A stretch of DNA of 64,000 nucleotides, from positions 320,001 through 384,000 of the forward strand of contig CAXXJJ010000001.1 of assembly GCA_963667015.2 (NCBI GenBank), read 5' to 3'. Under the pieces are notes generated by a model that ran no database searches, was not told the origin of the DNA, and worked only from the letters and a program-made list of their open reading frames with translations. Origin of the DNA: Desulfatiglandales bacterium (GTDB lineage Bacteria; Desulfobacterota; DSM-4660; Desulfatiglandales; HGW-15). The position numbers and the translations under genes were made by a program. Shown here one piece after another: positions 10,240 to 20,152 of this stretch; position 1 is the stretch's first letter, and each line of letters opens with the position of its first letter.

Positions 10240-12135
10240 TTAATCTATAAAACCATAAAGGTCTTCCAGTTGGTTGCTTATTCTCATTTCGGGCAGGCTG
10301 TTGATAAAAAACCTGCCGTAGCCGCTTCTAATTATTCGCTTGTCAAGGACCGCAAGGATGCCCCGGTCGCTGCTTTTCCTGATTAGCCGTCCAAGTCCCT
10401 GCTTGAGCGCTATTATAGCCGATGGAACCTGATATTCCATAAAGGGGTTTCCCTCCCTCCTGTTTATCACATCGATGCGGGCCGCTACAAGGGGGTCTCC
10501 CGGTGAGTCAAAGGGCAGCTTGTCTATAATAAGGCAGCTTAATGTTTCTCCCGGCACATCCACTCCCTGCCAGAATGATCCGGTTGCCAGGAGGACCGAA
10601 TGTGTATCATCCCTGAATTTTTCCAGGAGAATGGTCCTTGGCGCCTCCCCCTGTCTGAATATTCTGTATGGGAGAGTATCTTTTAGCGATTCATAAACAG
10701 AATTGAGGTTATAGTAACTGGTAAAGAGGATCAGGGCGCGCCCTGAAGAGAGTTTAAGGATTTCTGCAATTCTGCCTGTGATGCCGGCAACAAATTCCCC
10801 GTTGTTGGGTAATGGCAGATCATTGGGAATATAAAGCATAACCTGTTCCCTGAAATCAAAATGTGACGGGCATATTGTTTCCAGGGCATTCTCATGTATC
10901 CCGAGTCTTGACCTTATATAGTCGAATGTCCCGTTCACCGAAAGGGTAGCAGATGTAAACACTATCGATTTTACCCGTGAGTAGAGCTGTTCACGCATAT
11001 ACCCGGCCACATCAAGGGGTGACGCATGAAAGGCAATCCCCCTTTTTCTTTTCTCATACCACTCCAGCCAATCTCCTTTACCCGCGCTGAAGATTATACC
11101 CAGGCTGTTTTCCAGCTCCTGGGCCCGCATGGAGAGAGGATTTTCAAATACACCCTGGATAAACCTGAGCCCTTTCCTGATTTTGTCCAGCGCATCTTTA
11201 TATTTGGATTCTTCTTCCGCAATATCTATTCTTCCCTTGTCAGGAGATTCCGAAAAGAGTGTGTTCAGATGTGCAATACCTGTTTTTAAGGCGGCGAGAC
11301 TCAGTTTTAATTTGTCCGGATCGTCCAACTTATTTTCTTCGGCCTCCTTCTGGGCATCGGACGCCAGATCCAGCAGCTGGCCGCTGCTCAATCCTGCCCC
11401 GAAATAGATCGTGGCTATCTCCTCCACCTTGTGAGCCTCATCAAATACCGCGACCTCAAACCTTGGAATTACCTCTCCAAAGCCGTCGGACTTGAGCATC
11501 AGGTCTGCAAAAAAAAGGTGATGGTTCACGATTATTATATCCGCCTTTGCTGCAAGTCTCCTAAGGTTCATGATAAAACAATCGTCCCTGTGAGGACAAT
11601 CGGTGCCCCTGCACCGGTCAGAGGATGATGAGATCAAATCCCAGGTCGAGTCATCATCTCCCATCCATCCGAGTTCTGACCTGTCCCCTGTCCTGGTCTT
11701 AAGAAGCCATGAATCAATGAGCTGTCTCTGTTTTGCCATTTCAGGTTTTAAAAAGGATGTTGTGTCAAAGTGCTGATGATACCTGTTGAGGCATATGTAG
11801 TTTGTCCTTCCCTTCATCAGCAGGGTGTTTATCTTAAGGCCCATGGCCCCGGTGATTGCAGGAAGATCCTTAAAAAATATCTGTTCCTGAAGATTCTTTG
11901 TACCGGTTGAGATGACCGTCTTTTTCCCGCTCAGTATCACCGGTACAAGGTACCCCATGGTTTTTCCAACTCCTGTGCCTGCCTCGATTATAACCTGATT
12001 GCTGCAATCAATGGCGTCTTTGATAAGACGGGCCATTTGAATCTGGGCCGGCCGGTATTCAAAGTCGCTGAGTGCCCTGGATAACAGCCCGTCATCTCCA
12101 AGTATTTTTTCTATTATCTGAGTTTTTGAATTCAT
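10240..12135 (-). CDS. DinG/YoaA-family ATP-dependent DNA helicase
   Basis: EAGTGVGKT, DEAH, Fe-S cysteines, QGLGRLIR; start at MNSKTQ. Confidence 0.9.
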   Translation of the reverse strand: MNSKTQIIEKILGDDGLLSRALSDFEYRPAQIQMARLIKDAIDCSNQVIIEAGTGVGKTMGYLVPVILSGKKTVISTGTKNLQEQIFFKDLPAITGAMGLKINTLLMKGRTNYICLNRYHQHFDTTSFLKPEMAKQRQLIDSWLLKTRTGDRSELGWMGDDDSTWDLISSSSDRCRGTDCPHRDDCFIMNLRRLAAKADIIIVNHHLFFADLMLKSDGFGEVIPRFEVAVFDEAHKVEEIATIYFGAGLSSGQLLDLASDAQKEAEENKLDDPDKLKLSLAALKTGIAHLNTLFSESPDKGRIDIAEEESKYKDALDKIRKGLRFIQGVFENPLSMRAQELENSLGIIFSAGKGDWLEWYEKRKRGIAFHASPLDVAGYMREQLYSRVKSIVFTSATLSVNGTFDYIRSRLGIHENALETICPSHFDFREQVMLYIPNDLPLPNNGEFVAGITGRIAEILKLSSGRALILFTSYYNLNSVYESLKDTLPYRIFRQGEAPRTILLEKFRDDTHSVLLATGSFWQGVDVPGETLSCLIIDKLPFDSPGDPLVAARIDVINRREGNPFMEYQVPSAIIALKQGLGRLIRKSSDRGILAVLDKRIIRSGYGRFFINSLPEMRISNQLEDLYGFID

Positions 12136-12459
12136 GGCCTGAATAATAGGGCTATAGATTGATAAGGTCAATGAAGAACAGTTATCTAACCTTCCTCTGT
12201 TTTGACGCATAGTCAAAATACTAAACAAATATCAGAAAGACTGGTGGCGTCTGTATCTTAAAACAGGTTCTTCTAAATCGGGATTAATCATTTTTTTAAA
12301 TAATTTTGCATAATAAACCGTCAAAACTGCACATCCTGCCTGCACAGACCTCTATTTAGTACTCGATTTTATTTAATAGATGGATGATATTGCCGATATA
12401 TAGTCATATCCTGAAAATAATGGATGATATGGACGTCGAAGTTGAAAGTATGGGTGTTA

Positions 12460-12475
12460 TGGCACAGAAAATGCA
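12460..12475 (+). promoter_or_regulatory. Putative sigma54 -24/-12 promoter
   Basis: TGGCAC-AGAAA-ATGCA, about 50 bp upstream of small HTH gene. Confidence 0.55.
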
Positions 12476-12523
12476 AAATGATAATGATGTCCTGAATATA
12501 TTAAGGCTTGCAAGGAGAGTATT

Positions 12524-12703
12524 ATGGAAAAAGAGATTTTAACCATAGAAGAAGCTGCAGCTTATTTACAGATAGGTAAAAGATCAATATACAAACTTGT
12601 AAAAGACGGGAAGATCCCGGGCAAAAAAGTATTAAACAAGTGGCGTTTTGAAAAAGAGAGCCTGCGGGAATGGGTAAGCAAGGGCGAAGAGGCATCGATG
12701 TAG
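12524..12703 (+). CDS. Small excisionase-like (HTH_17) DNA-binding protein, 59 aa, absent from the ORF track
   Basis: MEKEILTIEEAAAYLQIGKRSIYKLVKDGKIPGKKVLNKWRFEKESLREWV; AAGGAG RBS. Confidence 0.88.
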   Translation: MEKEILTIEEAAAYLQIGKRSIYKLVKDGKIPGKKVLNKWRFEKESLREWVSKGEEASM

Positions 12704-12911
12704 GGGCATGCCTGAGGTGGGTATTATTATAGGTTAAAAACAAACGTTTAAAAACTTCCCATATAATCACCAATTCAAAATTTAAAATTCGTCTTCCATC
12801 CGGATATGATGTTTATCCGGTATTAGAACATGGAACTGTCGCAGAGGTGTTTTTTCAATGATTGAATCACCACAGGCCTGAGGCCGGGATTTATTTGACT
12901 TGTGCGATAAT

Positions 12912-13775
12912 TCAACCGACCTTCTCTGCCTCCGGCGGTTCTTCGGTTTTCTCCTCATTTAATTCAAGTACCCTGTTCATGCTGCCAGATTTAAAGCCTT
13001 CCAGGTCAAGGGCTATATGCCTGAAGCCGATCTTTTTCAGCTCCGCGATTATCTTGTTACGAAGCAGGGAATCCGTCAACCTGGGGATCTCATCCTCTTC
13101 TATCTCTATCCTTGCAACTATGCCGTGGTGCCTCACCCTGTACTGCCTGAAACCTTCGTCAGCAAGAATCTCCTCGGCACAGCCTACCATTGAAATATTT
13201 TCTTCGGTTATTGGTGTCCCGTAGGGAATTCGTGAAGCAAGGCATGCCATTGAGGGTCTGTCCCATGTTGAAAGCCCCAGTTCTTTTGACAGGTATCGTA
13301 TTTCATCCTTGCTGAGCTGTGCGTCAACAAGGGGCGCAATTAATCCCACCTCCTCAGCCGCCTTTATACCTGGTCTGTAGTCCCCAAGGTCATCAATGTT
13401 GATTGCATGTGCGATATTGGCAATTCCCTTTTCCTGTGCTATCTGGCGGAGCTTAAGGCACAGGGCCTTCTTGCAGTGGTAACACCGGTCAGGCGCGTTT
13501 GCCGCAAACTCAGGTATGCTTTTTTCATCTGAATGAAAAACTATATGTTCTATTGATGTTTCCTTTGTAAACTGCGTTGCACTTTTCCTGTCTGTCAACG
13601 GCTGAACCGCGGAGCTTGCGGTAGCAGCCGTAACCCTGTCTCCCAGCGTATCGGCCGCGACAGCAAGAAGGAAGGTACTGTCAACACCACCTGAAAAGGC
13701 CACCAGCAGAGACGGCAGTTTTTCCAGTGCCTTGACAAGTGCATCCTTCTTTTTTACTGCGAGCAATCTATCCAT
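12912..13775 (-). CDS. larE: ATP-dependent sacrificial sulfur transferase LarE family
   Basis: AFSGGVDS PP-loop, RCYHCK, DDLGDYRPG, ACLASRIPYG. Confidence 0.88.
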   Translation of the reverse strand: MDRLLAVKKKDALVKALEKLPSLLVAFSGGVDSTFLLAVAADTLGDRVTAATASSAVQPLTDRKSATQFTKETSIEHIVFHSDEKSIPEFAANAPDRCYHCKKALCLKLRQIAQEKGIANIAHAINIDDLGDYRPGIKAAEEVGLIAPLVDAQLSKDEIRYLSKELGLSTWDRPSMACLASRIPYGTPITEENISMVGCAEEILADEGFRQYRVRHHGIVARIEIEEDEIPRLTDSLLRNKIIAELKKIGFRHIALDLEGFKSGSMNRVLELNEEKTEEPPEAEKVG

Positions 13776-14090
13776 GGACCATGTAAATAAAAGGTTAACA
13801 GGATTTTTCTAAAACCAGCAGGGCATACAGCGTAACAGATTTGATGCAAATAGCATAGCCGTAATAGAGAGTCAACAGGACCGTTGCCCTGATAACAGGA
13901 ATTAAGAACAATTACCCGGTAAAAATAGCCACCACCATGCCTTTCCAGATATAAAAACGCTCAAAGGTAATAATAGCGTGGAAAAAAGTGATATTCATCA
14001 TATTTTATGCTTGATATTTGCTTTTCATTGCTTTATTGTCCCAAGTACTTTCGATTTTAACATCATATCATTTTTGAAAGGAGGAATAGA

Positions 14091-14360
14091 ATGAATAAGG
14101 GTGATCTAGTTAATGAGGTAGCAAAGGTAGTTGCAACAAAGAAAGAGGCTCAGGCCGCAGTTGACTGTGTATTTGATTCAATTACAAAGGCTCTCAAAAA
14201 GAAAGACTCAGTTACACTGGTGGGGTTCGGTACATTTAAGGTAGACAAGAGAAAAGCAAGAAAGGGTAGGAACCCGCAGACTGGCGAAGAGATCAAAATC
14301 AAAGCCAAAAAAGTGCCAAAGTTTGTTGCTGGAAAAGGTCTTAAAGACGCTGTTAAGTAA
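14091..14360 (+). CDS. hup: DNA-binding protein HU
   Basis: GFGTFKV..RKGRNPQTGEEIKI. Confidence 0.97.
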   Translation: MNKGDLVNEVAKVVATKKEAQAAVDCVFDSITKALKKKDSVTLVGFGTFKVDKRKARKGRNPQTGEEIKIKAKKVPKFVAGKGLKDAVK

Positions 14361-14382
14361 GCCTGTCTTCTACTTACACACC

Positions 14383-14420
14383 GAAACCCCCTCAGGTAAT
14401 TTCCTGCGGGGGTTTTTTAT
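14383..14420 (+). terminator. Rho-independent terminator after hup
   Basis: GAAACCCCCTCAGG..CCTGCGGGGGTTTTTT hairpin plus U-tract. Confidence 0.8.
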
Positions 14421-14433
14421 TGGCGTATTTACC

Positions 14434-15333
14434 ATGAAAAAAATTTTTATCCCCCTTATTATACTCATGCTGTTTATAACAGTATGTCATGCAGAGGATC
14501 TTAATTCCGTCAGGCAAAATGAGGTGACAATAGTCTTTGATGACGGCCTTGAAAACGCTGCATTAGCCGCTGCCCGGATCTACCCGGAGATTAAAAGTGG
14601 TCTTGAAATGATCATTGGATGGAAAATTGATTTTTATCCCACGGTCTACCTTGTAAAAGATCATAAGCGCTTTCAGCTTATGGCAGGACATCCCCTTGTT
14701 GTAGGTTATGCAGTGCCCGAAAAGATGCTTATTGTGATTGATTATTCAAAGTTGCTGTCTGATCCCCTCTCTCTATCTTCAATAATAAAACACGAGCTGT
14801 GTCATCTCCTGCTGCACAAATATATAAATGAAACGAATCTTCCCAAGTGGTTCGATGAAGGCATATCGCAGTGGGTAAGCGGCGGGCTTGCGGATATCAT
14901 GATGGCAAATCGATCCCCTCTCGACAGGGCAATCGTGACTGGCAGGCTGATACCCTTCAGGTATCTTTCCCGGAGATTCCCCGGGGATAATGAATCCCTT
15001 ATGCTCGCCTATGCCCAGAGCAGAAGCCTTGTAGAATATATGGTGAATAAATTTAACCCCGATGGATTACAGGCGCTGTTAAACAGCCTGAGGAGCGGGA
15101 AGGATATGGAAAGCGCACTTTACCGGACCTTCATGATCACCTTTGATGAACTGGAAAAAAACTGGTATAGTGCCATGAAAGAAAAGGGAGCATGGCTGAC
15201 CCTTCTTATAAGTCATCTCTATGAAATTATATTTTTCCTTGGGGCCTTATCACTTGTAGCTGCCTATGTGAAGATAGCGATAAGGAAAAGGGCAATGAGA
15301 TATAGTGAGGATGACGACGATTATATGGGATAG
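14434..15333 (+). CDS. Peptidase MA-like zinc metalloprotease, exported/membrane-anchored
   Basis: Signal peptide, HELCH (HExxH), PKWFDEG, C-terminal TM. Confidence 0.8.
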   Translation: MKKIFIPLIILMLFITVCHAEDLNSVRQNEVTIVFDDGLENAALAAARIYPEIKSGLEMIIGWKIDFYPTVYLVKDHKRFQLMAGHPLVVGYAVPEKMLIVIDYSKLLSDPLSLSSIIKHELCHLLLHKYINETNLPKWFDEGISQWVSGGLADIMMANRSPLDRAIVTGRLIPFRYLSRRFPGDNESLMLAYAQSRSLVEYMVNKFNPDGLQALLNSLRSGKDMESALYRTFMITFDELEKNWYSAMKEKGAWLTLLISHLYEIIFFLGALSLVAAYVKIAIRKRAMRYSEDDDDYMG

Positions 15334-15408
15334 CCTACGCAGTCCCGGGAAGATCTCTCTGTTGAGTGATCAACAGCAATATATTGATTAACGTTCAGGT
15401 AATAATTT

Positions 15409-15684
15409 ATGAAAAACGATAATGCAGATCATGTAGATGAGTATTCAATCAGGTGCCCTCGACTCGGGCATGCCATTACCTTTGCCTACTGCCGCAGGGA
15501 AAATAATGGGATTCCATGTTTTAAGACCCTCGATTGCTGGTTCCAGTATTTTCCTGTTGAAGACTACCTGCGGGAAAAGCTTACCCCGGAAGAATGGGAA
15601 AAGGCCTTTAAACGGAAGGGGGCTACAAAGGTCCAGTCTCTCCTTGAGCTGATAGAGGAGGCAAAGAAAAGGGCCGGGACATAA
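15409..15684 (+). CDS. Conserved hypothetical Cys-containing protein
   Basis: RCPRLGH..YCR..PCFKTLDCW pattern; coherent ORF. Confidence 0.65.
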   Translation: MKNDNADHVDEYSIRCPRLGHAITFAYCRRENNGIPCFKTLDCWFQYFPVEDYLREKLTPEEWEKAFKRKGATKVQSLLELIEEAKKRAGT

Positions 15685-15747
15685 TGTCCTGTGACAGGTG
15701 TGTCAGTTTACGGGCCTTAAAAATGCCTTAATTAGTGAGGAGAAAAA

Positions 15748-15951
15748 ATGGAGTGTAAAAGGGAAAGAAATCTTGAGAAATGTACATGCACCTACAGCTC
15801 ATGCAATAAACAGGGTATATGCTGCGATTGCATTTCCTACCACCTTCGCATGAGGCAGCTTCCGGGGTGCTGTTTTTCAAAATCAGCGGAAGCTACCTAT
15901 GACAGGTCATTTGAACACTTTGCAAGGCTTGTAGAATCAGGAGAGTTATGA
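15748..15951 (+). CDS. Small Cys-rich protein (DUF6485-like)
   Basis: CTCTY..C...GICCDCISYH..LPGCCF..TYDRS; GAGGAG RBS. Confidence 0.75.
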   Translation: MECKRERNLEKCTCTYSSCNKQGICCDCISYHLRMRQLPGCCFSKSAEATYDRSFEHFARLVESGEL

Positions 15952-15960
15952 ATTTATAGT

Positions 15961-16716
15961 TTAATTCCCATAGGTCTTTAAATAATTATCAAAGAGGGCC
16001 TTTGTCTTTTCATCCATGGCCCTTTTGCTGCCCTTTATAAGTACCGGGATTTTTTCTTCGTAAAGATATTCAACCACTTCCCTGATCCCTGCGATGGAAT
16101 ATACTGGAATACCAGTCTTTTCTGTAAAGAGTTTTATGGTGTTTTCTCCCTTTACCTCCGGGATATACATCCCACTGTCATCATAGACTGCTGTGCTTTG
16201 CTCTCTGTCTATGGCTATGCCGATTCCGGCAATATTGATCCTGATCCCTTTTGAGGCAGCTTCATCGTTAAGCCTATCAATCAGTTCATATTTTGTGCCC
16301 ATGGTCGTCGTAACGTCATCAACAATAAATATCCTGCAGCCGTCATACAGGGTCCTGTTGACCATCAGACTTTTTGATGTGCTTCCTTCACCATGGCTTT
16401 TTACTTCTTTTCTGTCATATTCAAAAAAGAGATCATGGCCGTATTTTTCATAGAGGCCTATTGCCGTTGTAATGGCAATAGCACTCCCCTTGTATGACGG
16501 ACCAAGGATAATGTCGGTTTTTTCGATCAGGCCTGATTCCATGATCATGTCGGCATAGAGAGAGCCCAGTTCCCTGCTCAGTCTGGCTGTTCTGAACATT
16601 CCGAAATTAACAAAATAGGGGGTAGGCCTTGTATCCTTCAGGACAAGATTGTCATCAAAAAAAAGCGCCCCGGTTTCGGTTAAAAGCTTTGCAAGTCTTT
16701 GTTTGTATTCTTCCAT
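15961..16716 (-). CDS. pyrE: Orotate phosphoribosyltransferase
   Basis: PTPYFVNFG, GPSYKG, DRKEVKSHGEG, IVDDVTT PRPP motif. Confidence 0.85.
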   Translation of the reverse strand: MEEYKQRLAKLLTETGALFFDDNLVLKDTRPTPYFVNFGMFRTARLSRELGSLYADMIMESGLIEKTDIILGPSYKGSAIAITTAIGLYEKYGHDLFFEYDRKEVKSHGEGSTSKSLMVNRTLYDGCRIFIVDDVTTTMGTKYELIDRLNDEAASKGIRINIAGIGIAIDREQSTAVYDDSGMYIPEVKGENTIKLFTEKTGIPVYSIAGIREVVEYLYEEKIPVLIKGSKRAMDEKTKALFDNYLKTYGN

Positions 16717-16730
16717 ATATAACCACCTTA

Positions 16731-17252
16731 TTAAGATAATATATTAAGGGCCTCAGGTATCAGTCTCCTGATAAGCTCCTCTTTTTCAAAAAGATTTTTT
16801 GATATGTATTCATTATAGCATGGATGGCTTTGGCTGAGGACCGGAGGCCTGGCCTGAATGTCCGGGGCCAGGTCATGAAAATTCATGACCAGTTCAACAA
16901 CAGGGCATTCCTCTCCGGGGTATTCGATGAGCCATCCGAGTCTTTTCATGTATTCATATCTTGACCTGTCCAGGAGGAAAAGATGTATATCTATTACAGC
17001 CATCTTTTCCGCAGGTTCAAGTTCGTTAAAGCCGGAATCTTGCCCCAGGCCTTTCAGTCCCATGATGAGATCATAAAAAAGACCGGTACTTTTCCGGTTT
17101 CCTGCGGCAATGAAACCAAGAGCTCTTTCAGGGATATCTTCCATTCGTGTGGAAATCCCGAAATGATACCCAAACTGGCTGGTCCAGTTCTTAAAGCTTT
17201 TTTGGGCTTTGATTTCACGCCGAGCCTTTTCAATCTCCACGATTTCTGACAT
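16731..17252 (-). CDS. Hypothetical protein
   Basis: 173-aa ORF co-oriented in the pyrG-pyrE block. Confidence 0.65.
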   Translation of the reverse strand: MSEIVEIEKARREIKAQKSFKNWTSQFGYHFGISTRMEDIPERALGFIAAGNRKSTGLFYDLIMGLKGLGQDSGFNELEPAEKMAVIDIHLFLLDRSRYEYMKRLGWLIEYPGEECPVVELVMNFHDLAPDIQARPPVLSQSHPCYNEYISKNLFEKEELIRRLIPEALNILS

Positions 17253-17273
17253 CAGATGTCTCCGGATGATCTG

Positions 17274-17636
17274 CTAGCCTTTGATTAGCCGGGTCAAAAT
17301 AAAACCACATCTCACGCACAGTTCTTTTTTCGGCTGCCTGTGTCCGCACTGAGGACATTGTGTAAAGCTAGACATTCCGGGTATTACGCCTGTCTCAGTT
17401 TTTTTATCGGCCGTGAAATCGTATGTTCTGATAGTAACATTCCCTCCGGCACGGGTGATTGCCATGGCATATTTTTTAATATACTCAATAGATTCTGCCT
17501 CTTTTAAAACAACAGGCGCCTTTTTAAGTATTTTGTCCGCCTTTTCCGGTGACACTCCCAGTCTGGATATCCGGGTCTTAAAATATTCTTCAGTCTGGAG
17601 CAGACCTGTGAAGACAACCCTGTACTTTTTATTCAT
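17274..17636 (-). CDS. Hypothetical protein with C-terminal zinc ribbon
   Basis: CPQCG..CVRCG. Confidence 0.7.
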   Translation of the reverse strand: MNKKYRVVFTGLLQTEEYFKTRISRLGVSPEKADKILKKAPVVLKEAESIEYIKKYAMAITRAGGNVTIRTYDFTADKKTETGVIPGMSSFTQCPQCGHRQPKKELCVRCGFILTRLIKG

Positions 17637-17812
17637 TTGTCACCCGTTTCTGTGGGGCCTGCAGGAGAGAGAGCAGGTCACATGCTACTGAACAGAAAGC
17701 GCGAGTTATAGAATGGAGTTTGCGAAGAACAGTTCTACAGGTATCTTGCATAACCAGGGGGTGCTGAAAGTTCAGTATGTTCATTGTCTGTAACAGTTAT
17801 AATGATGGAGCT

Positions 17813-19396
17813 CTATTTACCCAGACAAGCCTTGATAAAGCCATAAAACAACGGCGCAGGTGTTTCCATTCTGGATTTCAATTCGGGATGTGCCTGGGTT
17901 GCAACAAAAAACTTGTGATTCGGGAGTTCGATAAATTCCACCAGTCTTCCGTCCTGGGAAGATCCTGAGAAGACCATACCTTTTTCTTTCAGTATGCTAT
18001 GGTACTCAGGGTTCACCTCATACCTGTGCCTATGTCTCTCCGATGCCTCATCTTTGCCATATAAAGACCTTGTAAGGGAGCCTTCCTTCAGGACGGCCCT
18101 GTAAGCCCCAAGCCTCATTGTCCCTCCTTTTTCGGTGATTGTTTTCTGTTCCGGCAGTATGTCTATGACCGGATGAGGGGTATCTGGATCCATCTCTGTA
18201 GAATTGGCATTTTCGAGTCCGCAGACATTTCTTGAAAATTCAATAACCGCCATATGAAGTCCGAGGCACAGTCCAAGGAAAGGAATATTTTTTTCTCTGG
18301 CAATTCTGATTGCCTCTATTTTCCCTTCTGCGCCCCTTGATCCGAAACCGCCCGGGACAACAATACCATCGACCTCCTTCATAAAGGATGTATCTACAAG
18401 GTCTGTTGTTTCAATCCATTTAAGGTTTATTTTGCATTCAAGGTGGGCCGAACAGTGGTTAAAAGATTCGATAATCGAGGCATATGAATCTTCCAGTTTT
18501 GTGTATTTACCGCACATGGCCACGGTGATTTCTTTTTTTGGGGCCTTCAGGTTGTTAACGAGCTGCTTCCATTTCCTGAGGTCCGGAGGGCTGTAAATGT
18601 TCAGTTTTTTGTGAAGAATTCCCGGAAGACCTTCTTCCTCAAAAACAATGGGTATCTCATAGATGTCATCTACATCAAGCCCGGTAATAACCGCTTCAGG
18701 ATCAACATCGCAGAAGTTCGAGATCTTTGTTTTTACCTCTTTTGTCAGGTATTCGGGACCGCGGCCTATAATAATATCAGGAAAGATGCCCCTCTGTTTA
18801 AGAAGATTGACACTCTGCTGTGTCGGCTTTGATTTCTGTTCGTTTACACCATAGGGAACAGGAACATAGGTGAGGTGAACATAAGCAATATTCTCCCTGC
18901 CCACATCTTCCTTCATCTGCCTCATAGCTTCAAGAAACAGTTCGTTTTCAATGTCACCAACCGTGCCTCCGATCTCAACGATCACAAGGTCCGCAGATTC
19001 ATCCCTGGCTACTTTAAATATATGATTCTTTATTACATCTGTGACGTGCGGGATGTACTGGACAGTTTTACCAAGGTAATCGCCCTTTCTTTCTTTCTTC
19101 CTCACTATGTCAAACACTTTTCCCATGGTGAGGTTCCAGGTCGATTTGCAGGTGGCGCCGAGGAATCTTTCATAATGGCCGAAGTCCATATCGACCTCAC
19201 CGCCATCATCAAGCACAAAGACTTCTCCATGCTCGTAGGGATTCATTGTCCCGGGATCCACATTAAGATACCCGTCACATTTTACGGGTATTATTTTTAA
19301 TCTTGTTGATAGAAGGTGACCTATTGATGCAGCAGCAATGCCTTTCCCCAGGCCCGATAAAACTCCACCTGTAACGATAATAAATTTGGTAGCCAT
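17813..19396 (-). CDS. pyrG: CTP synthase
   Basis: TGGVLSGLGKG, NVDPGTMNPYEHGE, GLCLG, RHRHRYE, HPE. Confidence 0.97.
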   Translation of the reverse strand: MATKFIIVTGGVLSGLGKGIAAASIGHLLSTRLKIIPVKCDGYLNVDPGTMNPYEHGEVFVLDDGGEVDMDFGHYERFLGATCKSTWNLTMGKVFDIVRKKERKGDYLGKTVQYIPHVTDVIKNHIFKVARDESADLVIVEIGGTVGDIENELFLEAMRQMKEDVGRENIAYVHLTYVPVPYGVNEQKSKPTQQSVNLLKQRGIFPDIIIGRGPEYLTKEVKTKISNFCDVDPEAVITGLDVDDIYEIPIVFEEEGLPGILHKKLNIYSPPDLRKWKQLVNNLKAPKKEITVAMCGKYTKLEDSYASIIESFNHCSAHLECKINLKWIETTDLVDTSFMKEVDGIVVPGGFGSRGAEGKIEAIRIAREKNIPFLGLCLGLHMAVIEFSRNVCGLENANSTEMDPDTPHPVIDILPEQKTITEKGGTMRLGAYRAVLKEGSLTRSLYGKDEASERHRHRYEVNPEYHSILKEKGMVFSGSSQDGRLVEFIELPNHKFFVATQAHPELKSRMETPAPLFYGFIKACLGK

Positions 19397-19695
19397 ATTT
19401 TCCGAATTACTTATATTTATTTTTGGAGATCTTCATTAAAATTAAGACAAAAAGTAACTATCCGCATTATCTTTTTTAGTCAAGTCAAAAAGAAAAATAA
19501 CGTGAACAAACACTTTGTTGAATTGTCTAAAACAGATATATCCATTTGAAATTCATATGAAAAAAATATTTACTATTGTTGAAAATACAATATGTATTAT
19601 ATTATTTTATATAGATACAAGATGTTGTTGTTTTTTGTTGACATAAAAGCAAACTAAAAATATGATTTCCGGAATTCTAAAGAGGAAAAAAGATA

Positions 19696-20073
19696 ATGTT
19701 ACGCAAAAAAGTTCTCATCGTTGATGATGAAAAAAGCCTGTCCGAACTTATCATGGAATCATTAAATATGGTGGGTGGTTTCGAGGTGGAAAGGGCCTTC
19801 AACGGCAAGGAGGCGGTCGAGAAATACAGGGTCTTCGCGCCTGATATTGTTGTTATGGACGTTGAAATGCCTGTAATGGACGGTTATGAATCATCCTCCC
19901 GAATAAAGTCAATGGACCCTGATGCCAGGATTCTTGTCCTCACTGGTAATCCGGGTGATATCCGTGCAAAGAAGACCATAAATGAAGGCCTGGCCCTGAG
20001 ACTCCTGAAAAAACCTGTTAGATTAATGGATCTTAACCGTACAATAAATGACAACCTCGCCGCCTGTGCCTGA
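19696..20073 (+). CDS. Stand-alone response regulator receiver
   Basis: VLIVDDE, VVMDVEMPVMDG, KKP. Confidence 0.9.
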   Translation: MLRKKVLIVDDEKSLSELIMESLNMVGGFEVERAFNGKEAVEKYRVFAPDIVVMDVEMPVMDGYESSSRIKSMDPDARILVLTGNPGDIRAKKTINEGLALRLLKKPVRLMDLNRTINDNLAACA

Positions 20074-20152
20074 TCTATTAACGCGCAGTCTTACGATCAA
20101 TCAAGATTTTACTTTCAATATATAGTCAAATAATATATCCATTCATATTGTT

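Noticed and set aside
17640..17810. Possible structured RNA downstream of pyrG (TACTGAAC/GTTCAGTA pairing)
   Set aside because: Only one short stem is convincing; insufficient support
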